From assembly GCA_965202625.1 (NCBI GenBank), contig CBDBBI010000010.1, forward strand, positions 1,902,468-1,966,467: a stretch of DNA of 64,000 nucleotides, read 5' to 3'. Shown one piece after another: positions 29,625 to 39,752 of the stretch (position 1 is its first letter; each line of letters opens with the position of its first letter). This stretch comes from a bacterium (GTDB taxonomy: Bacteria > UBA8248). The position numbers and the translations under genes are program-made. The notes below the pieces were generated by a model. It was given only the letters and a program-made list of their open reading frames with translations. It searched no databases and had not been told where the DNA came from.

Positions 29625-29972
29625 GGGCGAAGAAATCGCGCGGCGGCCTGGTTTTCCGCCTCTCGTTTCCATGCGCCGGAGGCGGCCAGAAGTGGATTCG
29701 CCCAGATGCGGCCCGCATCAGGTTTTGCTATGCCCAACGGCCCCGCGTCGTCCCCGCGTCTGGCGACCCGACTTCACGGACGGGGCGTTTCTACAACGAT
29801 GACGCGGGGATGGGCGTTGTGATAGGATTTCGCCCATCCGAAAAATTGCGCGCAGAAAATAAGGTTTTTGAAAAGGGCGTTGTTCAGGAAAATCCGTTTT
29901 CTCGACTCTCCTGCGCAATCTCTCAGGAAGGACACTCGTCCTGCTTTTTCATTCTCTCAAGGAGAACGCCTC

Positions 29973-31148
29973 ATGGCCAAAGCCGTTCGCAAAGAACCCT
30001 GGTTCGCGTATTTTCCCGACGACTACCGCTGGTCAGCGGGCGTGAGCATCGCCTGCTCGACCTCCTACTGGGGCGCCGCCACGATGGGAGAGATCGACAG
30101 GGTGTGCCGAAGGCTTGAGGGCAAGGTGGGAGACGACGACGCCTGGTTCGTCGAATGGACGAAAGAGGCCGACAGGATGCGCGCTCTGGGGCTGGCCGCC
30201 GCCAGAAAAAAGAACGCTCTCTCAGCCGCCGCCCTCCACAAGCGCGCGTGTTTCTACTATCAGCTCGGCGAGCGCTTCAGGACGCCCAAGGACAAGGCGG
30301 CGAACAACGCCTATCGCAAATCCCTCGACTCCTTCGCGCACTTCGCCGCGCTCACGGATTCTCCGCGCATCGAGTGCGTGGAAATCCCCTTTGAAGGGAA
30401 AAAGGCACTGCCCGCCATCCTCGTCCACGCGCAAAACACGCGCAAGGCGAAGCCGCCCGTCGTGGTGTCCTTCGACGGCTTTGACGTCTCGAAGGAAATT
30501 CAATACCTGCTGGGCGCCGAAGACCTGGCGCGCCGAGGGGTGAGCGTGCTGGCGGTGGACGCGCCTGGAAACGGGGAGGCGATTCGCTTCAGAAATCTTT
30601 TCTTGCGGCACGACCACGAGGTCGCGGGCGCAGCGGCACTCGACTATCTGGAAGGACGAGACGACGTGAACGCCGGGCGCGCCGGCGTTATGGCAATAAG
30701 CCTCGGCGGCTACTACGCGCCGAGAAACGCGAGCATGGAGCAGCGCTTCAAGGCGTGCGTGGCCTGGGGGGCGATTTGGGACTACGAGAAGGTATGGCGC
30801 GATCGAATCGCCGCCGCCTACAAGACGGCACTCTCCGTTCCCGGACATCATCTGAACTGGATATTCAACGCGGAGTCCACCGAGGATTCCCTCGAGCGGC
30901 TTGAGGGCTTCAAGCTCGACGGCGTGGTGGAGAAGATGCGATGCCCGTTTTTATTGATTCACGGGGAGGGAGATCAGCAAATATCCCTCGCCGATGCGCG
31001 CAAGCTCTACAAGGCCGCAGGCTCGAAGGACAAGACGCTCCGAATCGTCAAGGGGACGGAAACCGGCGCCCAGCATTGCCAGATGGACAACGTCCCCCCC
31101 TATGCGCATGAGATTTTCGATTGGCTCAAGCAGAAGCTGGGCGCTTAG
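29973..31148 (+). CDS. alpha/beta hydrolase, same family (paralog 2)
   Basis: Collinear with paralog 1 over its full length ('WFAYFPDDYRW', 'ISLGGYYAPR', 'TGAQHCQ'). Confidence 0.8.
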   Translation: MAKAVRKEPWFAYFPDDYRWSAGVSIACSTSYWGAATMGEIDRVCRRLEGKVGDDDAWFVEWTKEADRMRALGLAAARKKNALSAAALHKRACFYYQLGERFRTPKDKAANNAYRKSLDSFAHFAALTDSPRIECVEIPFEGKKALPAILVHAQNTRKAKPPVVVSFDGFDVSKEIQYLLGAEDLARRGVSVLAVDAPGNGEAIRFRNLFLRHDHEVAGAAALDYLEGRDDVNAGRAGVMAISLGGYYAPRNASMEQRFKACVAWGAIWDYEKVWRDRIAAAYKTALSVPGHHLNWIFNAESTEDSLERLEGFKLDGVVEKMRCPFLLIHGEGDQQISLADARKLYKAAGSKDKTLRIVKGTETGAQHCQMDNVPPYAHEIFDWLKQKLGA

Positions 31149-31246
31149 CGGGAGCCAAGGTTTCGCCGGGCGCGCGCCTCGCCTCTCTGGGGAGAGAGGA
31201 GCGTGAAGGTGGCGCGTGATCCTCCCCCCTCGCTGATGCGGCGACC

Positions 31247-31537
31247 TTAATAGTCATTGATGTCGGCTCGGGAGTGACGGCGGCGGAACGCCAGCCGAAT
31301 CAGTATCGTGGAGACGAGCGACAGACCAGCGAGCCAAACAGCAATGTCGCGCCAGGTCTCGAGCAGTGCGAGGTCGCCAAACCACAGGTTCCGCTGCGCG
31401 AACAAAAGGCCGGCGAGAATCAGTGCGGAAACGCCAATCGGCAGCACGAAGAAGTCAAAGGCAAGCAGGATATCGGCGCATATCAGGATGATCGCGAGAA
31501 TCGCCCAGACTTCCGGCAAAAACGCCCAATACGTCAT
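31247..31537 (-). CDS. NfeD-family membrane protein
   Basis: Short TM-rich protein immediately downstream of an SPFH gene, which is the usual partner arrangement. Start taken at an internal Met. Confidence 0.6.
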   Translation of the reverse strand: MTYWAFLPEVWAILAIILICADILLAFDFFVLPIGVSALILAGLLFAQRNLWFGDLALLETWRDIAVWLAGLSLVSTILIRLAFRRRHSRADINDY

Positions 31538-31541
31538 GACG

Positions 31542-32459
31542 CTAGGCAGGCCCATTCGTCGGCCCTCGGAAGTTTTCCGCAAGCAACTGCAACGAACCGA
31601 TGACGCCCGTAACGTCGGTGGGTACGACAACCGTCTTCGTGTTGGACGAGGAGGCGAGTTGACCCAGCGCGTCCACCTGACGCTTCAACACCTCAAAATT
31701 GATGGCTGGCTGACCGTTGTCGGCGATCGCCAGGGCGATAAGCCGGGTTTGTTCTGCATCTGCCTCAGCCCTTACGCGCACCGCGTAGGCGTCCGCATCG
31801 GCGGTGACGCGAATCGCCTCCGCCTCCTTTTGCGCCTCGAACAACTTGGCTTCCGCCGCCAGTTCAATAGCGCGCTTGTCGCCTTCCGCGCGGGCGATGG
31901 CGGCGCGGCGCTCGCGTTCCGCATTCAGCTGCTGACGCTGCGCGGTTTTCGTCTGCTCATCAACGACAACGTCAACGATCGCGGTCGAAGTGATTTCGAG
32001 GCCCCATTCGTCCGATTTGGCCTGAAGGTTACTCCCGATTTCGCGGTTCATCGATTCACGCGACGATTGCAACTCGTCAAGTTCAAGCCGACCCGCCGCT
32101 GAGCGCACGATGGACGACGCCTCGGTGTGAAGCGCCGCATCCACGTCACGGATGCGATAGACCGATCGAGCGCCGTCAACGATCCTGTAAAACACCGTCG
32201 CCTCAAGGCTTACTTCGACGTTGTCGCGCGTGATGACACTAATCGAAAACTCCGGCAACTGACGCTCCAGAATGGACAGCCGATAGGATATTTTGTCCAG
32301 AAGCGGAACAAGGAGGTTCAACCCCGCCCTCAGCGTTCCCGTATATTTACCGAATCTTTCTACAATATAGACTTCTGACTGCGGAACAATTTTTACGCCT
32401 GTCTTGATAACCACCAAAACGAACAAAGCTATAAGGATAACGAGGATGCCTGCTTCCAT
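31542..32459 (-). CDS. SPFH/band-7 (stomatin/flotillin-like) protein
   Basis: N-terminal TM helix, SPFH core ('VKIVPQSEVYIVERFGKY'), then an E/A/R-rich coiled coil. Confidence 0.85.
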   Translation of the reverse strand: MEAGILVILIALFVLVVIKTGVKIVPQSEVYIVERFGKYTGTLRAGLNLLVPLLDKISYRLSILERQLPEFSISVITRDNVEVSLEATVFYRIVDGARSVYRIRDVDAALHTEASSIVRSAAGRLELDELQSSRESMNREIGSNLQAKSDEWGLEITSTAIVDVVVDEQTKTAQRQQLNAERERRAAIARAEGDKRAIELAAEAKLFEAQKEAEAIRVTADADAYAVRVRAEADAEQTRLIALAIADNGQPAINFEVLKRQVDALGQLASSSNTKTVVVPTDVTGVIGSLQLLAENFRGPTNGPA

Positions 32460-32551
32460 TGATCTATTTTCCTTCCCGCGATGATTCGCTCTTGCGGCTG
32501 TTGAACAGGTCGGTTGCTTCAGGGAAAATCATACTGAGACGCCTCGGGCCG

Positions 32552-33481
32552 CTAGTCGGCCAGGCGTTTCATTCTCGGGTCGAGCACGTCGCGCAGCCAA
32601 TCCCCCAGAAGGTTCACGCTCAGGACGGTGAGCATCAGGATGAGGCCCGGAAAGAGCGCTATCCACCAGGCCGTATCCAAGAAGCTCCTGCCGTCGGCGA
32701 GCATTCCGCCCCACGTCGGAGTGGGGGGCGGCACGCCCAACCCCAGAAAGGAGAGTGCGGACTCGATGATGATCATCCGGCCCAAGTAGAGCGTGGCGAT
32801 GACGATGGTCGTCGAGGCGACGTTCGGAAAAAGATAGACGAACAAAATCCGCAGCGTGCCGCAACCCGTGGCCTGGGCTCCGGTGATGAACTCGTTCTCC
32901 TTGATGGAGAGAACCTCCGCACGCACCACCCGCGCATAGACCAGCCAGGTCCGCAGCGCGATGACGAGAACGATGTTTTGCAGGCTCGGCCCCAGTATCG
33001 CCACGAGGCTGATGGCCAGAAGGATGAAGGGAACCGCCAGCGCCGTATCGATGATGCGGCTGATGACGGTGTCCACCCAGCCGCCAAAATAACCAGCGAA
33101 AATGCCGACCGTGATGCCGATGAGTCCGCTCACGAGGACGGCGGCGATGCCGACGATGAGCGAGATGCGCGAACCCCAGATGATGCGGCTCAGAATGTCG
33201 CGACCCTGCTGGTCCGTGCCCAGCCAGTACACGTCGCCCGCCTCGTCCATGTAGCCGGGCGCCTTGAGGTATCGCCCCAAATCCTGAGAGAGCGGGTCCA
33301 GCGGAGAGAACAACTCCGGCAAGATGGCGAAGATGATGACGAGGCCGACGAACAGCGCGCCGAAAACGGCCGGCGGTCTGCGCCTGAGCTCCTGCATGGC
33401 CAACTGAAAATCGGTCGGCCCGCGCTGCACGTCCTCATCCATCTCAACGTCGAGCGTCGCGGTTCTGTCGTCAACAACCAT
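32552..33481 (-). CDS. ABC transporter permease (DppC/OppC-like)
   Basis: Family-5 permease motifs ('DVYWLGTDQQGRDILSRIIWG'). Confidence 0.85.
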   Translation of the reverse strand: MVVDDRTATLDVEMDEDVQRGPTDFQLAMQELRRRPPAVFGALFVGLVIIFAILPELFSPLDPLSQDLGRYLKAPGYMDEAGDVYWLGTDQQGRDILSRIIWGSRISLIVGIAAVLVSGLIGITVGIFAGYFGGWVDTVISRIIDTALAVPFILLAISLVAILGPSLQNIVLVIALRTWLVYARVVRAEVLSIKENEFITGAQATGCGTLRILFVYLFPNVASTTIVIATLYLGRMIIIESALSFLGLGVPPPTPTWGGMLADGRSFLDTAWWIALFPGLILMLTVLSVNLLGDWLRDVLDPRMKRLAD

Positions 33482-33497
33482 GTAAGGCCCCTATCGC

Positions 33498-34517
33498 TCA
33501 GCTGTAGGAGATTCTCGGGTCGAGCCAAGCGTAAAGTATATCCACCACGAGATTCACGAAAACGAAAACGAACGCGAGCAGCGCCACAGCCGCCTGAACG
33601 ATGGGATAGTCCTGGTTGTTGATCGCGTCCACCACCAGAAAGCCCACGCCCGGCCACGCGAAAACGGCTTCGGTCACCACCGTCCCGCCGAGCAGAATGC
33701 CCAGCTCGAAGCCGATCAGGGTGACCACGGGGATGGCCGCGTTCTTGAGGGCGTGGCGCACCACCACGAGCCACTCGACGATCCCCTTTGAACGCGCCGT
33801 GCGCACATAGTCCATGCCCAGCACCTCAAGCATCTGGGAGCGCACCAGGCGCGTGATGCGCGCGGTAGCGTACAAGCCCGCCGTTACGGCCGGCAGTATG
33901 ATGTAATACCAGGCGTCGAAACCCGACGTGGGCAGCCAGCCCAGATAAACGGCGAAGATGATGATGAGCAAAAGACCGAGCCAGAAGTTCGGCATCGACT
34001 GTCCGAACATCGCGCCGACGGAGCTGGTGTAGTCGATCCACGTGTTGCGAAAAGTGGCCGAGAGCACTCCGGCGGGTATGGAAACGACGACGGCTATCAT
34101 CACCGCCACCAAAGCGAGGAGAACCGTGTTCGGAAAGTGTTCGAGAACAAGGCCCATCGCCGGAATTTCGTGCCTGTAGGAAAAGCCGAAATCTCCGCGA
34201 ATCACGCCCCTCGTCCTCACGATTTTGGGCGCGTCGTTGTCGCGCTCCAGCGCATCGACCTTCTGTTTGGATCTTTCGGCCCCGAGCAGGTCGTCCACCA
34301 GATCTGAGCCCAGAATGAATTTGGCGAACTGAATCGGCATAGGCTGATCGAAGCCCATCTCCTTACTGAATGCCTGAATGTCCTCCTCGGAGGAGTCGAG
34401 AGGCATCAAGACAGCCGCCGGATTTCCGGTGATTTGGAGCATCGAGAACACGATGAGCAGAATCGCCGCGAAAACGATGAGGCTTTGAAGGCAACGTCTG
34501 ATGATATACGTGCGCAT
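33498..34517 (-). CDS. ABC transporter permease (DppB/OppB-like)
   Basis: 'MRTYIIRRCLQSLIVF' start and the EAA-type loop 'YVRTARSKGIVEWLVVVRHALKNA'. Confidence 0.85.
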   Translation of the reverse strand: MRTYIIRRCLQSLIVFAAILLIVFSMLQITGNPAAVLMPLDSSEEDIQAFSKEMGFDQPMPIQFAKFILGSDLVDDLLGAERSKQKVDALERDNDAPKIVRTRGVIRGDFGFSYRHEIPAMGLVLEHFPNTVLLALVAVMIAVVVSIPAGVLSATFRNTWIDYTSSVGAMFGQSMPNFWLGLLLIIIFAVYLGWLPTSGFDAWYYIILPAVTAGLYATARITRLVRSQMLEVLGMDYVRTARSKGIVEWLVVVRHALKNAAIPVVTLIGFELGILLGGTVVTEAVFAWPGVGFLVVDAINNQDYPIVQAAVALLAFVFVFVNLVVDILYAWLDPRISYS

Positions 34518-34780
34518 GGCGAAACCCCGGCAAGAGACGTTTCCGAACGAGCGCATCACCATCTGCGTGAAAACGCCATTATATCCCCTTCTTTCCCTGA
34601 ATCGTCAAGCGCCGCGTCGCCTTCCGTGAAGCGCACTTCTCCAACTCCCCTGTCCCGGGAGGACTCATCGCCCCGGCTTCGATGGACAACGTGGACAATC
34701 CGCGCTTTCGATCTGTAGGATGGGAGATTGTCAACACATGCCGATTTTGATTTTTTCGTCCATGAAAAAAGAGGACTCAC

Positions 34781-35764
34781 ATGAAACTCGCCACTTACAG
34801 GAACCTCTCGCCGGGCGCTTCCGGAGACCGACTCGGAGCCGTCCTAGATGATGGGAGAATGCTCGACCTCAGGCTCGCCTACGCAGGCTATCTCTCAGAG
34901 AAAGAGGGCGAAGGGCGTCCCTACGCGATGGCGAACGCGCGGATTCCCAGGGACATGCGCGATTTTCTCTGTGGAGGGGAGACGGCCCTGGCCGCAGCAC
35001 GCGCCGCGCTCGATCACGCGGAGGCGATAGTCGCATCCGGCGGAGAACCGGCGGGGCCAGACGGGGAGCACGCCGCTCTCAAAAACAGGCACGTAAGCCT
35101 CAGAGCGCCCATTCCGCGCCCCGGCAAGTTCCTCCACACCGGTCTCAACTCGCACAAACACGTCGCGAACACGGGCCACGAGACGCCTAAAAACGTTCCA
35201 GGCGCCCCTCGGTTCCACACCTCGCTCATCGGCCACGAGGAGCCGGTGCTCTACCCGAAGCAAACCCGAATGCTCGACTACGAAGTGGAGGTCGCCATCG
35301 TCATCGGCAAATACTGCAAGGACGTGAAGCCCGAGGACGCCTTCGAAGTCATCCTGGGCTATACGGTCTACAACGACATCACGGCGCGCGAGGTGCAACG
35401 CTCCCCCGCCCTGGGCGGCGTGTTCTTAGGAAAGAACTTTGACGCCACGAACCCGATTGGCCCCTACGTCGTCACCGCCGAGGAGGTGCCGAACCCCGAA
35501 TCGCTGCGCGCGCAATGCCGTGTGAACGGCGAGAAGCGCCAGGACGAGCGTTTGACCGACATGATCTTCAAGATACCCCAGCTCATCGCCTTCTACAGCC
35601 AAATGTCGCTGGAGCCGGGAGACATCATCTCATCGGGAACGTTCTGCGGCGTGGCCCTTGAACAAGAAGACCCCGAACCGTTCCTGCTCAAGCCGGGAGA
35701 CGTGGTGGAGTGCGAGGTCGAGCGCGTGGGCGTTCTGCGAAACCCCATCCGCGCCCAGGAGTGA
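34781..35764 (+). CDS. fumarylacetoacetate hydrolase (FAH) family protein
   Basis: 'LDYEVEVAIVIGK', 'NDITAR', 'GDIISSGT' FAH-fold motifs. Confidence 0.85.
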   Translation: MKLATYRNLSPGASGDRLGAVLDDGRMLDLRLAYAGYLSEKEGEGRPYAMANARIPRDMRDFLCGGETALAAARAALDHAEAIVASGGEPAGPDGEHAALKNRHVSLRAPIPRPGKFLHTGLNSHKHVANTGHETPKNVPGAPRFHTSLIGHEEPVLYPKQTRMLDYEVEVAIVIGKYCKDVKPEDAFEVILGYTVYNDITAREVQRSPALGGVFLGKNFDATNPIGPYVVTAEEVPNPESLRAQCRVNGEKRQDERLTDMIFKIPQLIAFYSQMSLEPGDIISSGTFCGVALEQEDPEPFLLKPGDVVECEVERVGVLRNPIRAQE

Positions 35765-35767
35765 GTT

Positions 35768-36766
35768 TCACCCAGAGGAGAGGGCGAGTGTTTTTCTCGC
35801 CGCCGCCAGAATTTTCTCCGCACTGGGCAAGACGATTTCCTCGAGTTTCACATGGACGGGAACGGGCAAGTCGAGGGCCGCCACGCGGGCGATAGGCGCT
35901 TTGAGCGCGCCGAAGGCCGCTTCTTGCAGCGAGGCGGCGATCTCCGCCCCCACTCCTCCACTCCTGTGTCCCTCCTCGGCTATCACGCAGGCGCCGGTCT
36001 TTCTGACCGAAGCCGCGACGCCCTCCACGTCAAGGGGATTGATGGTTCTCGGATCCACCACTTCGGCGTCCACCCCCTCCCGGGCGAGTCGCTCCGCCGC
36101 CTCCAGGCAATTTCGCACCTGGCTTCCCACCCCGACGAGCGTAATGTCCGACCCCTCTTTTTTCACCGCCGCCTCGCCGATGGGGATCGTATAATCCCCT
36201 TGCGGAACGAGGCCCTCCACGGAGTAGAGCGAGAGGTACTCCACGAAGAGCACGGGGTTCTCCTCCCTGATGGCAGACTTCAAAAGCCCCTTCGCGTCCA
36301 TGGGGTCGCTCGGCACCACGACGCGCAAGCCCGGCACCTGGATGAACCAGGACTCAAGGCACTGGCTGTGCGTGGGGCCGTTCTGGACGCCGCCGCCCTC
36401 GGGCGCGCGAATCACAATGGGAACGCTCACCTGGCCTCCGAGCATGTAGCGCAGCTTCGCCGCCTGATTCGCTATGGGGTCGATCGCCAGCATCATGAAA
36501 TCGATGCGCCTCATGTCGAGAACGGGCCGGTAGCCCGCCATCGCGGCGCCGACGGCGGCGCCGGTGAAGCCGAGCTCGCTGATGGGCGTGTTGCGCACAC
36601 GCTCATGGCCGAATCTCTCGCCCAGGCCCGCCGTGACGGGAGAGACGGAGGAGAGCGCCACGTCCTCCCCCATGAGGAACACCTTTGCGTCGCGCGTCAT
36701 CTCCTCATGGAGCGCCTCGTTGAGCGCCGCCGCGTATGAAATCGCGCGCATCCCCTTCTCAGGCAT
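35768..36766 (-). CDS. 2-oxoacid dehydrogenase E1 component beta subunit (acetoin/pyruvate/BCKA type)
   Basis: Transketolase-like pyrimidine-binding and C-terminal domains ('FLMGEDV', 'NTPISELGFTGAAVGAAMAGYRP'). Start between 36751 and 36778 not resolved. Confidence 0.85.
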   Translation of the reverse strand: MPEKGMRAISYAAALNEALHEEMTRDAKVFLMGEDVALSSVSPVTAGLGERFGHERVRNTPISELGFTGAAVGAAMAGYRPVLDMRRIDFMMLAIDPIANQAAKLRYMLGGQVSVPIVIRAPEGGGVQNGPTHSQCLESWFIQVPGLRVVVPSDPMDAKGLLKSAIREENPVLFVEYLSLYSVEGLVPQGDYTIPIGEAAVKKEGSDITLVGVGSQVRNCLEAAERLAREGVDAEVVDPRTINPLDVEGVAASVRKTGACVIAEEGHRSGGVGAEIAASLQEAAFGALKAPIARVAALDLPVPVHVKLEEIVLPSAEKILAAARKTLALSSG

Positions 36767-37691
36767 AGAGATCCTCATACACGTCGTCGGGTCGGGGTTC
36801 GGGGCTCGCCTCCGCGAAAGCCATCGCCTCCCTCAACTCTCCCTCCACGGCCTCCAGGTGCGCTTTTTTCTGCGCGGCGCTCACGCCCAGTATCCTCTCC
36901 GCCACGAGCAGGGGGTCTTTCTCCTTCCACTCGCGCCACTCATCTTCCGTCCTGTATCGTCCGAAATGGGGGTCTTTTCTCGCGTGGCCAAAATACCGAT
37001 AGGTTTTCGCCTCGATCAGGCTGGGGCCCAAACCCTTGCGCGCGCGGTCGACAGCCTCGCGCATCACCTCATAAACCGCCAGCACATCCATGCCGTCAAC
37101 GGTCGCGCCGGGCACGTCGTAGCCCGACGCGCGCGCGCTGATGTCCGCCACCGAGGTGGCATACTGCACCCGCGTGGTGGACGCGAAATGGTTATTCTCA
37201 CAAAAGAAGATGACGGGGAGCTTCCATATCGATGCCAGATTCATCGACTCGTGAAAGCTGCCCTCGTTCGCCGCGCCATCGCCGAAAAAAACAACCGCCA
37301 CCTGCTCCTTTCCTTCAAAATGAAAGGCGAGACCGATACCGACCGCCATGGGCATGTTCGATCCCACGATGGAATGCGCGCCATAATGGCCCTTCGACAC
37401 GTCGGCGATGTGCATGGAGCCGCCCTTGGCGTGGCAAAGGCCGGTCGCCTTGCCCAGAAGCTCCGCCATCATCTCGGGCAGGCGCGTCCCCTTGGCGATG
37501 GAGTGGCCGTGGCCGCGGTGGGTGGTGAGAATCGCGTCATCATCCGCAAGCGCGCAGCACGCGCCAACAGAACAAGCCTCCTGGCCCACGCTCACGTGGA
37601 TGCCGCCCATCACCTCTCCGCTCTCGAACAGATCGAACGCCGTCTCCTCAAACCGTCTGATGCGCAGCATGGCGCGATACATCGCCTGCAT
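36759..37691 (-). CDS. 2-oxoacid dehydrogenase E1 component alpha subunit (TPP-dependent)
   Basis: TPP motif 'GDGAANEGSFHESMNLASIWKLPVIFFCENN'. Start taken at 'MQAMYRAM'. The longer ORF-track start would overlap the next gene. Confidence 0.85.
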   Translation of the reverse strand: MQAMYRAMLRIRRFEETAFDLFESGEVMGGIHVSVGQEACSVGACCALADDDAILTTHRGHGHSIAKGTRLPEMMAELLGKATGLCHAKGGSMHIADVSKGHYGAHSIVGSNMPMAVGIGLAFHFEGKEQVAVVFFGDGAANEGSFHESMNLASIWKLPVIFFCENNHFASTTRVQYATSVADISARASGYDVPGATVDGMDVLAVYEVMREAVDRARKGLGPSLIEAKTYRYFGHARKDPHFGRYRTEDEWREWKEKDPLLVAERILGVSAAQKKAHLEAVEGELREAMAFAEASPEPRPDDVYEDLYA

Positions 37692-37818
37692 CCGCTCGCT
37701 GCTCAAAGACGCCTTCCCTTTGGTCAAAAGCGTTCTCCTTCCCGCAAGGATGGGTGGGGTTCCCTCAAACCTAGACACTCGCGTGAAATTCTCACAAATC
37801 GCCCCTCCCCGCAAGCGA

Positions 37819-38226
37819 TCATTCAGACTTCGCCTTTTCCTCCTCGGCCTGCTCGTCGGCGATGCGTTTGAGAGCATACAAACCTTCCATCAACACGGGC
37901 GCACCCCCACCGATGCTCGCCACCTCGAACGCCTCAAGCGCCTCCTCCATCGTCGCGCCCAGCCGCAGCGCCTTCTTGGTGTGGGTATAGACTTCGTGCT
38001 TCATGCCCTTGAAAGCCAGAAGGCCGATTTCGATGAGTTCGCGCGTCTTCGGATCCAGATGGCGCGGCTTCTCCTTGAAAAACCCCCAGTGCATCTGCGA
38101 ATAGACCTCGAAATAATCCGGATCCAACTGCGCCCCAAAGCCGAGCACGTCATACACGAACCCCCGGTCTCCATGAATTTTTTCCGTGATGCGCTTTACC
38201 TTCTCTTCTCTCGTCTCCTCCTTCAT
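37819..38226 (-). CDS. carboxymuconolactone decarboxylase (AhpD-like) family protein
   Basis: 135-aa CMD fold ('IEIGLLAFKGMKHEVYTHTKKA'). Confidence 0.65.
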   Translation of the reverse strand: MKEETREEKVKRITEKIHGDRGFVYDVLGFGAQLDPDYFEVYSQMHWGFFKEKPRHLDPKTRELIEIGLLAFKGMKHEVYTHTKKALRLGATMEEALEAFEVASIGGGAPVLMEGLYALKRIADEQAEEEKAKSE

Positions 38227-38300
38227 CCTCTTCTCCTTATTATGGACGAAGCGAAGGCGGAGATTTCAGAACCCAAAATCCCCGCCGTAAACGCGCGCGC

Positions 38301-39473
38301 TCACGCGACCCTGAACCTGTCCATCCACCAGTCCGCAATCCACTCGCCGCACGTCGGCAGGTTGTCGAAGACGCAATGCTGGCTGCCGCCATCCTCAAGC
38401 GTGAAGATTTTCAGCTGCTTCTCCTTTGAGCCGCACGCCTCATACAACTTGCGTGCCATCTTGACCGGCACGATGTTGTCGTCCGCCCCGTGGATGATGC
38501 AGATGGGCATCCGTATCCTCTCCGCGACGCCCGCCAGCGTATAGGCCTTGCATTTTTCCATCGCCGAGTCCATGTCCGGCGTTCCCAGCACCCAAGGAAG
38601 CTGCCATATGGCGGAGGAGGAAACCGTGCCGCCGCCCTCCAGAACCTTGCGCCTGTGAACCCAGACCTCGTGATAGTCAAAATGGGCGCCCCAGGCGAGA
38701 CAGGCCGCGTAGCGATGCTCAAAGGCGGCGATGCGCGGGGCGTAGTAACCCCCCATGCTCATGGCCATGAGGCCGATGCGCGCGGAATCCACCTCGGGCC
38801 GCGCGTCGAGAAAATCGAAGGCCGCCGTTCCGGCCGCCTCGTAATCCGGACGACTCGGTATCTTCCGAAGCCTGAGCGTCTCCCCCTGGCCTGGTCCATC
38901 CACGCAGAGTGCCCCGACGCCGCGCTCCGTCAGAGAAAGTGCGCCCCACAGCGCGGTGATCTCCTTGGAACCGTCGAGTCCATCAAAAAAGGCGACATAG
39001 GGATCGCGCCCCGTTGGGTTTCTGGGCGGAAAAAGGTAGGCCGCGAGCGGGCCCTCCTCATAGGGTACCTCCACGCGCTGAAATCCGGGTGCGCGGCCCT
39101 TCATCCCCTTCTCGTAGTGGAGAAGCAATTTTTTGTAGGATTGCGCTTTTCTCGGATCGCCAGGATGCACGAAACGCTCGCTCGCGTAGCGATAGATCGC
39201 GCTTCGCACATAGGCGGCCATCGAGGTGCGCGCATGGCCCTTGCGCTCCTCCTCCTCGGCGCGGGTCAGGGTTTTATCCGCCATCCAGGTCCACGCCTCG
39301 CGCCATGCTTCGGCGTCGCCTGTCCGCCCGCTCAGGCGTTTTCCAACCTGATCCACCTCCTGGAAGTTCGATCCGCCCATCGGCGCGACGCTGATTAGCC
39401 CCGCCATCAACTGCGACCATAGATAGTGCTCGGGAAAATACCGAAACCACGAGCCGACGATGGCCTCCGCCAT
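38301..39473 (-). CDS. alpha/beta hydrolase, 2,6-dihydroxypseudooxynicotine-hydrolase-like family (paralog 3)
   Basis: Same architecture as 28449 and 29973 ('WFRYFPEHYLW', 'MSMGGYYAPR', 'GGSQHC'). Confidence 0.8.
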   Translation of the reverse strand: MAEAIVGSWFRYFPEHYLWSQLMAGLISVAPMGGSNFQEVDQVGKRLSGRTGDAEAWREAWTWMADKTLTRAEEEERKGHARTSMAAYVRSAIYRYASERFVHPGDPRKAQSYKKLLLHYEKGMKGRAPGFQRVEVPYEEGPLAAYLFPPRNPTGRDPYVAFFDGLDGSKEITALWGALSLTERGVGALCVDGPGQGETLRLRKIPSRPDYEAAGTAAFDFLDARPEVDSARIGLMAMSMGGYYAPRIAAFEHRYAACLAWGAHFDYHEVWVHRRKVLEGGGTVSSSAIWQLPWVLGTPDMDSAMEKCKAYTLAGVAERIRMPICIIHGADDNIVPVKMARKLYEACGSKEKQLKIFTLEDGGSQHCVFDNLPTCGEWIADWWMDRFRVA

Positions 39474-39752
39474 AAGAAAAGCCTCCTCAAACCTGAACGC
39501 GCTGACGCGCTCCAAAACGTGAAAACCATACACGCAACGCCGGCGATTTCACAAGGAGCACAAAGAAAAGTACGATCGCAGAAAATCCATATTCACGCTT
39601 TGACGCCCCATTCCCACACGTGATAGACTTCTTAGAATCGATAGCAAAAAAGGGGGCTTCTCCAGGAAGTCGCAGCGAGCTAGAAAATCTGGATTTTCCG
39701 GTTTTCTCAACAGGGTATGGAACCCATCTCTTCATCCAAAGGAGGAAAGCAC

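Noticed and set aside
36564-38544. 435-aa and 378-aa + strand ORFs across the E1 alpha / CMD region
   Set aside because: Antisense to TPP-dependent E1 alpha and the CMD-family gene, both with clear motifs.
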